A DNA stretch of 64,000 bases from an uncultured bacterium (GCA_963695095.1 CAVOFT010000001.1:3072001-3136000), one strand, 5' to 3'. Counted from the stretch's first letter, positions 19,011 through 29,623 are shown. Program-made: numbers and translations. Notes: generated from the sequence alone by a model not told the origin.

Positions 19011-20339
19011 ATGACTACCAGCAAGCGCGTACTCGTACTGGGTGCCGGTCTCGTCACGCGGCCCATGGTCAGCTATCTGCTCGAGCGGCCGGACATCAGC
19101 CTGACCGTCGCCACGCGCACCGTCGACAAGGCCCAGCGCATGATCGCCGGCCACGCCCGCGGCCGCGCGGTGGCCCTGGACGTGGCCGACGGGGCGGCGC
19201 TGCGCGCCATCGTCGCCGAACACGATCTCATCGTCAGCCTGCTGCCCTACATCCATCACGTCATGGTCGCCAAGCTCTGCATCGAGCTCGGCCGCCACCT
19301 GGTGACGACCTCCTACGTCAGCCCCGAGATGCGCGCCCTCGACACGGCGGCGCGCGAGGCCGGCGTGCTCCTGCTCAACGAGATCGGGCTGGACCCCGGC
19401 ATCGACCACATGTCGGCCATGCGCATCATCAACGGCGTCGCCCAGCGCGGCGGCTGGGTGCAGGGCTTCATCTCCAACTGCGGCGGCCTGCCGGCGCCGG
19501 AGGCGAACACGAACCCCTGGGGCTACAAGTTCAGCTGGAGCCCGCGGGGAGTGGTGCTGGCCGGCCGCAATGCGGCTCGCTACCTGTGGGAAGGCGACCT
19601 GCGCGAGGTGCCGGGGCCGGACCTCTTCGGCGACGTCCACCATCTCACGGTCGAGGGGCTCGGCCAGCTCGAGGTCTATCCCAATCGCGACAGCATGGGC
19701 TACCGCGAGATCTACGGCCTGACGCGGGCGCAGACGATCTTCCGCGGCACCTTCCGCAACCCCGGTCATTGCGCGGCCTGGAAGGCCCTGGCCGACTGCG
19801 GCTGGCTGGATATCCACCCGCACGCGGTGGAGGGCTATACCTACGCCAAGCTCTTCTGCACCCTCGTCGGCTGCGAAGGCCGCAAGCCGCGCGAGGCGGC
19901 CGTGCGCTTCCTCGGCGTCGGTCCCGAGGCGAACCTGCTCGATCGCTTCGAATGGCTGGGCCTCTTCGCCGACGAGGCGATTCCCGGTCCGGCCGAGCAA
20001 AGCCCGCTCGACGTGCTCGCCGATCGCCTGCTGCTCAAGCTGCCCTATGCGGCGGGAGAGCGGGACATGATCGTGCTCCAGCATCAGGTGACGGCGCAGT
20101 ATCCGGAGGGCGGGACCGAGCGCATCGTCTCCTCGCTCGTGGACTTCGGGCAGCCCGGAGCCGACTCGGCGATGTCGCGGACGGTCAGCCTGCCGGCGGC
20201 CATTGCCGTGCGCCACATCCTGGACGGCACGATCCGCGAGCTCGGCGTGCAGGTGCCGGTGCTGCCGGGCATCTACGACCCGGTCCTCGATGAGCTGGAG
20301 ACGCTGGGGATTGCTTTCCAGGAGACGGTGACGCGCTAG
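19011..20339 (+). CDS. saccharopine dehydrogenase (glutamate-forming)
   Basis: LVLGAGLV, NEIGLDPGIDHM, CGGLPAPE, YKFSWSPRG, YPNRDS, MSRTVSLP. Confidence 0.92.
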   Translation: MTTSKRVLVLGAGLVTRPMVSYLLERPDISLTVATRTVDKAQRMIAGHARGRAVALDVADGAALRAIVAEHDLIVSLLPYIHHVMVAKLCIELGRHLVTTSYVSPEMRALDTAAREAGVLLLNEIGLDPGIDHMSAMRIINGVAQRGGWVQGFISNCGGLPAPEANTNPWGYKFSWSPRGVVLAGRNAARYLWEGDLREVPGPDLFGDVHHLTVEGLGQLEVYPNRDSMGYREIYGLTRAQTIFRGTFRNPGHCAAWKALADCGWLDIHPHAVEGYTYAKLFCTLVGCEGRKPREAAVRFLGVGPEANLLDRFEWLGLFADEAIPGPAEQSPLDVLADRLLLKLPYAAGERDMIVLQHQVTAQYPEGGTERIVSSLVDFGQPGADSAMSRTVSLPAAIAVRHILDGTIRELGVQVPVLPGIYDPVLDELETLGIAFQETVTR

Positions 20340-20348
20340 GTCCGCGGT

Positions 20349-21176
20349 CTACTTGAGGAGCATCAGCTTCTGGCTGCCGACCAGGCCCTGGTCACCGATG
20401 AGGCGCGCCAGGTAGAGGCCGGAGGGCAGGCGCTCGCCGGCATCGTCGCGGCCATCCCATTCCACGCTGTGATGACCGGCCGGGAAGGTCCCCGCCGCCA
20501 GTTCGCGCAGCGCGCGTCCGGCAGCATCGACCACGACCAGGCGCAGGGTCCCCTGGGCCTCGCTTTCGAAGCGAAGGGTGGTGCTGGGATTGAACGGATT
20601 GGGGTAGGCCGGCGCCAGCCGGTTGCCCGCCGCCAGAGGCGAGCTGTCCGTATTCTGCACGAAGCGGATGACCGGCGCGCTCACGTCCCAGCCGTGGACG
20701 GGGAACTCCTCGCCCGTGCTGAGCAGGGCGAACCAGCCGTCGGAACTGGCCTGGAAGGCGGCCACGCGCGTGGCGCGGATGGTGAAGTCGATGGAGATGC
20801 GGTCCCCCGGCCCCAGCACGGCCCGGCCGCCCGGAGCGCTGGGACTATCGATCACCCAGCGGTGGGCGCGGCGGCCCACGATGAGCACGTCGCCGTACTC
20901 GTAGCTGCAGGTGGTCACCTGGCCGTTCAGGCGCACCGTCCCGGCCTGGACGCTCAGCCAATCCGGGAATTGCTCTGAATAGAAGAGACCACTGAGGGGC
21001 CCGCTCGTGTTGTTCACGAACTCCACGTGCACCGCAGCCGGAACCCCCATGGGGATGTAGGCCGTCGGGAACTGGCGCGAGTAGCTGATCGCGGTGCCGG
21101 CGGGATAGATCGCCGCGCTCGCTGATGCGGCGGCGAGGGCGATCAGGGCGGTGAGCAGGAGCAGGTGTCGGCGCAT
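20349..21176 (-). CDS. secreted protein with FlgD-Ig/T9SS-like C-terminal domain
   Basis: Signal peptide; AYPNPFNPST...WDGRDDAGERLPSGLYLARL. Confidence 0.82.
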   Translation of the reverse strand: MRRHLLLLTALIALAAASASAAIYPAGTAISYSRQFPTAYIPMGVPAAVHVEFVNNTSGPLSGLFYSEQFPDWLSVQAGTVRLNGQVTTCSYEYGDVLIVGRRAHRWVIDSPSAPGGRAVLGPGDRISIDFTIRATRVAAFQASSDGWFALLSTGEEFPVHGWDVSAPVIRFVQNTDSSPLAAGNRLAPAYPNPFNPSTTLRFESEAQGTLRLVVVDAAGRALRELAAGTFPAGHHSVEWDGRDDAGERLPSGLYLARLIGDQGLVGSQKLMLLK

Positions 21177-21391
21177 GCAGAGGTCCCGTTGCAGCAAACT
21201 GGTGTCGATAAAAAACCCGGGCTCGTTGAGCAGGCTCGGCGCCAGCCGCCCCGGATAGGAGTTCCCGGCCTCCGGTCAGCGGCCGAACGGAGACAGTATA
21301 GCATGCTGGTTGGTAATTCCCCATACTTTCCAAGGAATTTTCCGGGGGATGACGGCACGCAACTGGAGCGACAGGTCTGCTTAACGCCTCG

Positions 21392-23527
21392 CTAGTCGCC
21401 TGAACGCTGCAGGGCCCCCGCCGCAGGCTGGTAGCACTGCAGCAGATAGTCCCGGACCATGCGGTTGGCGCTGAAGCGCCAGGCCAGCGTGGCGATGCTG
21501 TTCTTCATCATCTCCACCCAGCCGAGGGGAATGCCCTCCGCATTGCGGTCGAAATAGATGGGCAGCACCGTCTCCTCGAGGAGCTGAAAGAGGGCTTCCC
21601 GGTCCTGGGCGTCCTGCAGCTCGGGATTGCCGTGGTGGCGATTGGCGCCGATGGCGAAGCCGTTGGAGCCGTCGTAGGCCTCCGCCCACCAGCCGTCCAG
21701 GATCGAGCAGTTGAGCCCGCCGTTGATGACCACTTTCATGCCGCTCGTGCCGCTGGCCTCCATGGGGCGCCGCGGCGTGTTGAGCCAGAGGTCCACGCCC
21801 TGGACCATGTGGCGGGCGACGTTGATGTCGTAGTCCTCGAGCAGGATCAAGCGCCCCTTGAAGCGCGGATCGCGGCTGAGCTGGAAAAGCCGCTGCAATT
21901 TGGACTTGCCCGGCTCATCCGCCGGGTGCGCCTTGCCGGCGAAGATGAACTGCACGGGCCGGGCCTCGTCGTCCATCAGGCGCAGGAGCCGCTCCTCGTC
22001 GTCCAGCAGCAGATCGGCGCGCTTGTAGGTGGCGAAGCGCCGCGCGAAACCGATGGTCAGCGCCCGTGACGAGAGCGAGCGCGAAGCGTCGGCCACGGCC
22101 TCCTTGCCCTCGCGCCGGCGGGTCACCTGGGCCACCAGCCGGCGGCGGGCGAAGCCGAGCAGGCGCGAACTGAGGAGCTGGTGGGCCTCCCACAGCTCGC
22201 CGGGGTCCAGCGTGTAGATGCGCCGCCAGGTTTCGGGCTCGTGAATGCGCTCCTGCCAGTCGCTGCCGATGCGCTGCTCGTAGAGCTTGGCCATGGCGGG
22301 TGCGATCCAGGTGGGCACGTGCACGCCGTTGGTGATGTGCCCGATGGGCACCTCGCGCTCCGGCCGATCGGGCCAGAGCCGATGCCACATGCGCCGGCTG
22401 ACGCGGCCGTGCAGGGCCGAGACGCCGTTCGTGCGGTCGGCCGAGCGCAGCGCCAGGGTCGTCATGCAGAAGGGCGATGCGTGGTCGCCCGGATTGATCC
22501 GGCCGAGGCCGACGACCTCGTCGATGGACTTGCCCATGCGCGCCGCCAGCGGCGAGAGCGCCTCGTCCACCAGCTCGGGCGCGAAGCGGTCGTGGCCGGC
22601 CTCCACGGGCGTGTGCGTGGTGAAGACCGTCATCCGCGACACCTCGGCGCGCGCGTCCTCCCAGCTCATGCCGTCGCGTTCCATGAAGCGCCGCGCCTGC
22701 TCGAGCACGACGAAGGCGCTGTGGCCTTCGTTGAGATGCAGCACCCCGGGCTCGATGCCCAGCGCGCCGAGCGCGCGCAGGCCGCCGACGCCGAGCAGCA
22801 GCTCCTGGCGGATGCGCGTGCGGCGGTCGCCGCCGTAGAGCGTGCTCGTGAGCTGGCGGTTGAAGTCGTCGTTGGCGTCCACGTTGCTGTCGAGCAGCAG
22901 CAGGGTGCAGCGGCCCACCGCCGCCTTCCAGACCCGCGCGTGGATGACGCTGTCGCGCGTTTCGACGGCGATCGTCAGGGGTTCGCCCTTCTTGGTCATG
23001 GCCGGCGCCATGGCGAGGGTTTCCAGATCCGCCCCGCCGTAGGCCTCCTGCTGGCGGCCCTCGGCGTCCAGATGCTGGCGGAAGTAGCCGTGGAAGTAGA
23101 AGAGCCCGACGCCCACCAGGGGCAGACCCAGGTCCGAAGCGCTCTTGATGTGGTCGCCGGCCAGGATGCCGAGACCGCCCGAGTAGATGGGCAGGGACTC
23201 GTGCAGGCCGAACTCGGCGCTGAAGTAGGCCACGGGCTGCGCGGGCAGGGAGCCGGGCCCGCCGATGTCGCCGAGACCGGGCGAGGCCAGGTAGTCCTCC
23301 AGCCGGTGGAAGGCGTAGTTGATCCGGCTGTCGATGGCCATTTCCTCGGCCCGCGGCAGCAGCTCCCACTCTTCGAAGTGCTCGAGGAAAGCGAGGGGAT
23401 TGTGGTGGGTGCCCCGCCAGCGCGCCGGGTTGAGATCGCGGTAGATGGCGATCACTTCCGGATGCCAGGTCCACCAGAGGTTGCGCGAGAGCTTGCGCAG
23501 CTTGTCGAGGTAGCTCGTCATGGCCAT
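21392..23527 (-). CDS. glgP: alpha-glucan (glycogen/starch) phosphorylase
   Basis: YFSAEFG, YSGGLGILAGDH, HLNEGH, FARRFATYKR, EASGTSGMK PLP motif; start may be 23521. Confidence 0.95.
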   Translation of the reverse strand: MAMTSYLDKLRKLSRNLWWTWHPEVIAIYRDLNPARWRGTHHNPLAFLEHFEEWELLPRAEEMAIDSRINYAFHRLEDYLASPGLGDIGGPGSLPAQPVAYFSAEFGLHESLPIYSGGLGILAGDHIKSASDLGLPLVGVGLFYFHGYFRQHLDAEGRQQEAYGGADLETLAMAPAMTKKGEPLTIAVETRDSVIHARVWKAAVGRCTLLLLDSNVDANDDFNRQLTSTLYGGDRRTRIRQELLLGVGGLRALGALGIEPGVLHLNEGHSAFVVLEQARRFMERDGMSWEDARAEVSRMTVFTTHTPVEAGHDRFAPELVDEALSPLAARMGKSIDEVVGLGRINPGDHASPFCMTTLALRSADRTNGVSALHGRVSRRMWHRLWPDRPEREVPIGHITNGVHVPTWIAPAMAKLYEQRIGSDWQERIHEPETWRRIYTLDPGELWEAHQLLSSRLLGFARRRLVAQVTRRREGKEAVADASRSLSSRALTIGFARRFATYKRADLLLDDEERLLRLMDDEARPVQFIFAGKAHPADEPGKSKLQRLFQLSRDPRFKGRLILLEDYDINVARHMVQGVDLWLNTPRRPMEASGTSGMKVVINGGLNCSILDGWWAEAYDGSNGFAIGANRHHGNPELQDAQDREALFQLLEETVLPIYFDRNAEGIPLGWVEMMKNSIATLAWRFSANRMVRDYLLQCYQPAAGALQRSGD

Positions 23528-23532
23528 GCCGC

Positions 23533-23561
23533 CGAATAGCACGCCCCCGGGGGGCTGTCAA
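23533..23561 (-). promoter_or_regulatory. sigma70 promoter of glgP, possibly leaderless
   Basis: TTGACA-17bp-TATTCG with TGn extension, ending 5 nt before ATG 23527; no SD. Confidence 0.55.
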
Positions 23562-23629
23562 GAAGGCTCCCGCAGGGGCAAGTCTTGCCGCACCGGGAAT
23601 TCCGGCGGCAGCCGCAGGGTGGGCGAACC

Positions 23630-25939
23630 CTAGCGAATCAGCACGATGCGCGCCGCCCGCGAGCGTTCACCCCGATTCATCTCCAAGCGAGCAAAGTAGA
23701 TGCCGCTTGCGGCGGCTTCGCCCGCATCGTCGCGGCCGTCCCAGCTGCGCTCGCTCACGCCCGCCAGGAAATGCTCCCGGACAGCGAGGCTGCGCACGCG
23801 GCGGCCGGCGACATCGTAGATGAAGAGGCTGGCGCGCTGATCCGCGCGCAGCTCGAAGCGCAGGGTGACGTCGGCGCGGGCCGCGCCGGGCCGAAATGGA
23901 CTGGGGTAGCTGCCGGCGAGAGCGAGGAAGGCGGGATTCTCGCTGTAGGTGAAGACCTCGGCGCCGAGGTCCCCGTTGACGGCCAGGCCGTAGCCCTGGG
24001 GCCCCAGGGGCACGCGGCGGCCGCGCAGGCGGATCTCCCAGGGGCCCGCCTCGGGAGCGATGATCAGCACCCGCTCCACCGTGTTGAGCGCATCGGCTTC
24101 GCCACCCGGCACCGATTCGCCCAGCTCCGCGTCGAAGCCGTTGCCGAGGTAGAGCTGTCCCGAGGGCGAGCGCAGTTCCAGGTCCAGGTCGTTGACCACG
24201 GGCTCGGCGACGAAGGGTTCCGCGGGCGGGTCCGTGAAGGCCAGCGTGACGGCCAACGGCTCGGCGGCGGACTCGACCTCGAGCCGGTAGATGAGGAGGT
24301 CCCCCGTCTCCAGCCCCTCGGCATTGCGCTTCTCGGCCAGCCACAGCTCGCGGCTGTCGCCCGCGAAGTAGAGCGCCTCGTCGAGCACGAGGTGCCCCCA
24401 GCCCTCGCTGTCATTGGGATAGCCCGCCGGCAGGCTGTCCATGGGCAGGGTGCTGTTGATGAGCAGCGCCCTGAGCAGGGCGCCGCTGGGCACGAGCGAG
24501 TCGGCGGCCACGGGCGCGCCGCTCGGCCACCAACCCTCCACCAGGTACTGGCGCGCCAGCGCCGCCGCCCCGGCCACGGCGGGACAGGCCATCGAGGTGC
24601 CGCTGCTGGTCGTCCAGCCGCAGGGCAGGGCCCGGTTCGCGGAATCGATCGCGTAGCCGGGCGCATAGAGCTCCGGCTTGCGGCGGCCATCGGCCGTGGG
24701 GCCCATGCCGCCGCTGTAGTGCTCGTCGCAGCCATGGTAGCCGCCGCCGAAGCTGTCATTGGTGTAGCTCGCGCCCACGGCAAGGGTGCTCTTGGCGTTC
24801 TCGGGCGTATAGAGCAAGCCGGCATTGGTGACGGCCCAGATCAGCAGCGCCTCTTCCTGGTCGTGGCTGAAGGCATCGATGTCCACGCAGAGCTCGGTGT
24901 AGCTGGTGATCCCATCCGCGCCCCAGCTATTGGTGTGCACGCGGGCGCCGGCAGCGTGGTGCAGGGCGAAGTCCGCATAGACGTCGTAGACGCCGGTGGG
25001 CACGTAGTTGGAATGCGCCAGCCGTGCCGCCCAGGCGCCGCCCCGCTTCTGCGCGCCCATCTGATCGTCAATCGGCAGCGCATCGCCCGCCACCGTGCCC
25101 GCCGTGTGGGTGCCGTGATTGCTGCCCCAGCCGGCGTACTCGCCGATGAAGACCACCTTGCGGTGCGCGGGCCCGATGGGCTCGCCGTCCGGATCGGCGA
25201 AGAAGCAGCTGGCCGGAGCGAAGTTGGAGTCGATGTGGCCGACGATCTGCCCCTCGCCATGGAGGCCCCGATCCCAGATCGGCCGCTGATCCGCTGCCGC
25301 GCTCTGGACGCTCCAGCTGCTGTCATCGTTGCGGTCGGTGAGCGGCAGCGTGGGCGAAGCCCAGAGCAGACCGGGCAGGGCGGCTAGCGCCGGCAGCAGC
25401 GCGGACGGCGCGCTCAGCCAGAGCCGCGGCCGTGCCGAGCGTGCGCTGCTGCCCAGCAGTTCGGCGCCGAGGGCCAGGGCCATGTCGGCGCGAAGGGCGA
25501 TGGGCGTGCCCGGCGCGAAGCTCAAGGTGATCGCCACCGACTTGCCGCCCGCGCGCGCCGCCAGCGCGGCCAGCTCGGGCGCCAGGCGCCACTCCGGGCG
25601 ACAGTCCGTGAGCAAAGCGACGCCGGCGAGGGCGGACAGGCGCACCCCGGCGGCGGCGTCCGCGCGGAGCAGATAGGCGTCATCGGGCAGATAGGCCAGG
25701 ATCTCGGCGCCGGCGGCGGCGAGCGCATCGCGATCCGCACGGCCAGGTGCGTGGTCGAACCGCAAGATGCGCAGATCGTCGCTCGCCTCGCTGCCGCGGG
25801 CGCTCAGGGCAGGGTCGCCGGCGCGCAGGGTGCCGGCGCGCAGGCGCAGGGCGCCGCTCTCGCCTGCGGCTGCCGCCTGGGCAAGTACGCCACCAAAGAT
25901 GAGCAGGACCGCGAGGAGGGGCGGGCGGCGAGCGGGCAT
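23630..25939 (-). CDS. S8 subtilisin-like serine peptidase with FlgD-Ig/T9SS-like C-terminal domain
   Basis: GHIDS, HGTHTAG, SGTSMACP triad; NDLDL; WDGRDDAGEAAASGIYF. Confidence 0.92.
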   Translation of the reverse strand: MPARRPPLLAVLLIFGGVLAQAAAAGESGALRLRAGTLRAGDPALSARGSEASDDLRILRFDHAPGRADRDALAAAGAEILAYLPDDAYLLRADAAAGVRLSALAGVALLTDCRPEWRLAPELAALAARAGGKSVAITLSFAPGTPIALRADMALALGAELLGSSARSARPRLWLSAPSALLPALAALPGLLWASPTLPLTDRNDDSSWSVQSAAADQRPIWDRGLHGEGQIVGHIDSNFAPASCFFADPDGEPIGPAHRKVVFIGEYAGWGSNHGTHTAGTVAGDALPIDDQMGAQKRGGAWAARLAHSNYVPTGVYDVYADFALHHAAGARVHTNSWGADGITSYTELCVDIDAFSHDQEEALLIWAVTNAGLLYTPENAKSTLAVGASYTNDSFGGGYHGCDEHYSGGMGPTADGRRKPELYAPGYAIDSANRALPCGWTTSSGTSMACPAVAGAAALARQYLVEGWWPSGAPVAADSLVPSGALLRALLINSTLPMDSLPAGYPNDSEGWGHLVLDEALYFAGDSRELWLAEKRNAEGLETGDLLIYRLEVESAAEPLAVTLAFTDPPAEPFVAEPVVNDLDLELRSPSGQLYLGNGFDAELGESVPGGEADALNTVERVLIIAPEAGPWEIRLRGRRVPLGPQGYGLAVNGDLGAEVFTYSENPAFLALAGSYPSPFRPGAARADVTLRFELRADQRASLFIYDVAGRRVRSLAVREHFLAGVSERSWDGRDDAGEAAASGIYFARLEMNRGERSRAARIVLIR

Positions 25940-25950
25940 GGCGACGGTCC

Positions 25951-26301
25951 TCAATGGCTGGTGGGCTTGAAGAAGCTGATCAGGTTGCCCTCCGGATCCC
26001 GCACATGGAGGAAGAGCGCCGAGTCGGTCAGCTCCTCCTTGAAGATCTCCACGCCCCGCACCGCCAGCACCGAGCGCAGGGTGATGGGATCGTCGATCTC
26101 GACGTCGAGGAAGGTCGAGTCGCCGGTGGGCGCGTCCCAGCCGCCGGGCTCGGCCGACACCAAGCCCAGCGTCAGCCCGCCCGTGTCCAGGTAGCAGAAG
26201 TTCGGGCCCTCGTCGCTCACGTCCCAGCCCAGCACGCGGGTGTAGAAGCGCTTCATCTTGCGCAGGTTCTTGCAGCGATAGGTGACGCTCACGGCACGCA
26301 T
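25951..26301 (-). CDS. VOC/glyoxalase family protein
   Basis: FYTRVLGW and VRDPEGNLI motifs. Confidence 0.85.
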   Translation of the reverse strand: MRAVSVTYRCKNLRKMKRFYTRVLGWDVSDEGPNFCYLDTGGLTLGLVSAEPGGWDAPTGDSTFLDVEIDDPITLRSVLAVRGVEIFKEELTDSALFLHVRDPEGNLISFFKPTSH

Positions 26302-26396
26302 GGGCACCTCGGAGGGCGGTGGCGGGCCCGGAGGGCGCCATGCCGCCCGGGCTGGAAGCAGTCAAGCGGGCGCACGCGCCAAAGTCAAGCTCGGGC

Positions 26397-28385
26397 CTAC
26401 TTGAGCAGGATCGCGCGCAGCCTCCGGCTCTGGGCGCCGGCCTTGAGCTCGAGCAGATAGAGCCCCGCCGGCAGGGGACGGCCTGCGGCGTCGACGGCCT
26501 CCCAGTCCAGGCGTTGCTCTCCCGCAGGCAAGTCCCGGGCCGGATGGCTCGCCAGGCGGCGGCCGCTGAGGTCATAGACCGCCAGGCTCACGGTGGCCGG
26601 CTCCGCCAGCTCGAAGTAGAGCGCCGTGCGCGGATTGAAGGGATTGGGCGCCAGGGCGGCGGCCAGCAGGGGCCCGCCTGCGGGGGCGAGGCCGGGTGTC
26701 AGGCTCAGCAGCAGGAACTCCTTGCCCTCCGCGTCGAGACCGTAGAGCTCGTAGCGCCAGGCGCCCGCAGGAGCGGCGTCGCTCAGGCGATAGCGCCAGT
26801 CGCCGCTCGCCTCCACCGGCAGGAGCGGCGCGGCATTCAGACAGAGGGGCAGCGCGAGCGGCTGCTCGCCGATGGCCGCCAGGACCTCGCGGCGCGACAG
26901 CGCGCCGGCCGCGAAGGCCTCGGCCTGGGCCAGGCGCTCGGCCCGATCCGCGGCGTCGCCCGCGGGCAGGCGGTACACGTTGAAGGGCAGGGGCTCGCTG
27001 CAGCGCCAGTCTAGCTCGACGCGGCCGGAGCCCGCGCGCAGCGCGCGCCCGCTGGCGGTGGCCAGCGCGGGAGCCGCCGTGAGATCGGCGCCGCCTTCGA
27101 TGGCATAGGCCCAGCCGCCGCTGCTCAGGTACTGCGTGCCGGCCAGCACGTCGGGGCTGCCCGTGCCGGAGAGATCCGCCGTGCCGCGCACGCTGTAGAG
27201 CCGCGCGCCCGTGTTGAACATCCACAGGGTGTCGCCCGTGGCGCCGTTGAAGAGGTAGGTCTTGGTGTCGAAGGAGCCGCCGACGACCTCGTCGATGCCG
27301 TCGCCGGTGAGATCGTCCACGCGGTCCACGGCCCAGAAGTCGCCGCCGTTGAGGGTGCCGGCCCAGGCCTGCCAGATCAGCGTGCCGTCCTGGCCGTCGA
27401 TGACGCGCAGGGCGCGCTCCCAGGAGCCGATGGCGATGTCCCGCCAGCCGTTGCCGTTGACGTCGCTCAGGGTGACCAGGCGCATGATGTAGTTGTAGCT
27501 GCCGTTGTCGAAGGTCCAGCGCAGGGCGCCTGTCGCGCCGTCGAGGCAGCGCACCTGGCCGGAAGCGCTCCAGGAGCCGACGACGAGTTCGGCCACGCCG
27601 TCGCCGCCGATGTCGTCGATCAGCGCCGTGGCCCAGTTGCTCGCGCCCATGTTGCGCTGCCAGATGAGCTGGCCGACGCCGCCCAGGCTGCCGCCGCTCA
27701 CGCAGTAGACGTAGTGGTCGTTGTCGCCCGCGCAGAAGAGCACATCCTGCTTGCCGTCGCCGTTGACGTCGGGCAGGGCAAGGGCGCGATAGAGCGCGTC
27801 GGCCGCCGGGAAGCGCCAGAGGACGCTGCCGTCGGCGCCGCTGAGCAGGTAGCCGCAGTTGGCGTCGCTGCCCAGTGCACAGGCCACCTCGGGCAGGCCG
27901 TCGCCGTTGAGGTCGGCCAGCCAGCTCACGTCGTAGACCCAGCCGGAATCGATCGTGAGATAGGAGTCGAAGGTCCACAGCAGCTCGCCCGTGCGGCCGT
28001 CCACGGCGTGCACGCTGCGATTGCCCCAGGCCGTGCCCAGCAGGACGTCGGGAAAGCCGTCGCCCGACAGGTCGGGGCAGATCTCGAGGCACTCGTCGCC
28101 GTCGCCGCCGCCGTCGCTCACACCGCTCGAAGGGCGGATCGACCAGAGCACCGGCGGCGGGTCGCCCTGGCCGCCGGAAACCAGGTAGAGGTGATCGCCC
28201 GCGGCGCCGGCGTCATAGGTCTCGATGACGATGTCGCTGACGCCGTCGCCGTCGACATCCGGGAGCGTGGCCATGGCATTGATGTCCTCGATGCCCTGGA
28301 AGCGCCAGAGCTGATCGCCGCCATCGGCGAGGGCGGCGCCGGGCAGGCAAGCGAGGAGCAGACAAGCGGTCAGGCGGGTCGACAT
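26397..28385 (-). CDS. FG-GAP/PQQ-like repeat beta-propeller protein with FlgD-Ig/T9SS-like C-terminal domain
   Basis: Repeated DxxGDGxxD and DGxTGxxLW; PNPFNP...GLYLLEL. Confidence 0.88.
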   Translation of the reverse strand: MSTRLTACLLLACLPGAALADGGDQLWRFQGIEDINAMATLPDVDGDGVSDIVIETYDAGAAGDHLYLVSGGQGDPPPVLWSIRPSSGVSDGGGDGDECLEICPDLSGDGFPDVLLGTAWGNRSVHAVDGRTGELLWTFDSYLTIDSGWVYDVSWLADLNGDGLPEVACALGSDANCGYLLSGADGSVLWRFPAADALYRALALPDVNGDGKQDVLFCAGDNDHYVYCVSGGSLGGVGQLIWQRNMGASNWATALIDDIGGDGVAELVVGSWSASGQVRCLDGATGALRWTFDNGSYNYIMRLVTLSDVNGNGWRDIAIGSWERALRVIDGQDGTLIWQAWAGTLNGGDFWAVDRVDDLTGDGIDEVVGGSFDTKTYLFNGATGDTLWMFNTGARLYSVRGTADLSGTGSPDVLAGTQYLSSGGWAYAIEGGADLTAAPALATASGRALRAGSGRVELDWRCSEPLPFNVYRLPAGDAADRAERLAQAEAFAAGALSRREVLAAIGEQPLALPLCLNAAPLLPVEASGDWRYRLSDAAPAGAWRYELYGLDAEGKEFLLLSLTPGLAPAGGPLLAAALAPNPFNPRTALYFELAEPATVSLAVYDLSGRRLASHPARDLPAGEQRLDWEAVDAAGRPLPAGLYLLELKAGAQSRRLRAILLK

Positions 28386-28525
28386 GAAAGACCTCCGGGG
28401 GCTGGAGCGGCTTAAGTATAGCGCCGCGGCGCGCGCGGAACAACGCAGTAGGCCGCCCTGGGGTTGTCCTATCCGGCCAGTCGGGCTATACTCTTGTCGT
28501 GCCTGCAATCACTGATGGGGAGGGA

Positions 28526-29623
28526 ATGATGCGGAGGCTGCTGTTGCTGGCCTGTGCCCTGTGCTGCCTGCCCGCCGCTCGCTGGAGCGCCGCCGCCACC
28601 TGGACCGTGGCCCAGAACGGCAGCGGCGACTTCACCACGATCACCGCCGCGCTCGCGGCCGCTGCGAACCAGGATTCCATTCTCGTCGGGCCCGGCACCT
28701 ATAGCGAGCCCTTGCTCGTCGACAAGCAGCTGACCCTCGTCAGCAGCCAAGGCGCGGCGGCCACCGTCCTGGATGCCAACTACGCCTTCGAGCTCCTGCG
28801 CTACGTGAGCGGAGGCGGCGGCCAGTTCTCGGGCTTCTCGCTCAGGCGGGCGGACGTCGGTCCCGCTGGAGAGGGCGGCGCCATCCGTGTGAACTACTGC
28901 AACAGTCTGCTGATCAGCGACTGCGTGTTCGAGGACAACTGGGCCGACTACCAGGGCGGCGGCCTCGCCATCGGCCATGCCAGCATCGTCGAGGTCGTCG
29001 ATTGCAGCTTCATCGAGAACTACGCCCCCACCCATAGCGGCGCTGCCGTGGCCATCCAGAGCAGCCATCTCAGCTTCGAGCGCTGCTCGTTCATCGAGAA
29101 CCGCACGGGGGTCTTTTCGGGCGCCATCGCCGCCCATAGCAGCGTCCTGGATGTCCAGGACTGCCTCTTCCTGCGCAATCGCAGCTACGACGTCGCCGGC
29201 GCCATCTACCTCTACTTGTCGGGGGGTCTGATCCGGAACAACACTTTCCACGACAACCGCTCGCCCGGACGGGCAACGGTGGTGATCCACCAGAGCGACG
29301 CCGCCATCGTCGAGCGCAACATCTTCTCTGCCGATCAGGCCGGCTACGGGCTGCAGTTCTACCAGGGCGGCGGCGGCCACGCCTGCAACCTCTACTGGGA
29401 CAACGCGGCGGGCGCGCTCTCCGGTGCCGCCCTCGCCGCCGATGAGTTGATCGCCGATCCTCTCTTCTGCAACGCCGCCGCGGAGCACTTCGAGCTCTAT
29501 GACATGTCGCCGGCCGCCGCCGACCACAGTGCCTGCGGGCAGCTCATCGGCGCTTTCCCGGTGGCCTGCTCGACGACAGGGGTCGAGCGCTCCTCCTTCA
29601 GCGCGATCAAGGCGCTCTACTAG
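28526..29623 (+). CDS. secreted right-handed parallel beta-helix protein
   Basis: GSGDFTTITAAL, GPGTY, FxxN...GGA repeats; tail SSFSAIKALY. Confidence 0.85.
   Translation: MMRRLLLLACALCCLPAARWSAAATWTVAQNGSGDFTTITAALAAAANQDSILVGPGTYSEPLLVDKQLTLVSSQGAAATVLDANYAFELLRYVSGGGGQFSGFSLRRADVGPAGEGGAIRVNYCNSLLISDCVFEDNWADYQGGGLAIGHASIVEVVDCSFIENYAPTHSGAAVAIQSSHLSFERCSFIENRTGVFSGAIAAHSSVLDVQDCLFLRNRSYDVAGAIYLYLSGGLIRNNTFHDNRSPGRATVVIHQSDAAIVERNIFSADQAGYGLQFYQGGGGHACNLYWDNAAGALSGAALAADELIADPLFCNAAAEHFELYDMSPAAADHSACGQLIGAFPVACSTTGVERSSFSAIKALY

Noticed and set aside
23630..26575. Extended N-termini in the ORF track suggesting gene fusions (also 14209-16815, 36199-38460, 38475-41996, 47248-48924)
   Set aside because: The extensions are off-frame read-through of neighbouring genes; real starts with an RBS and/or signal peptide lie downstream.
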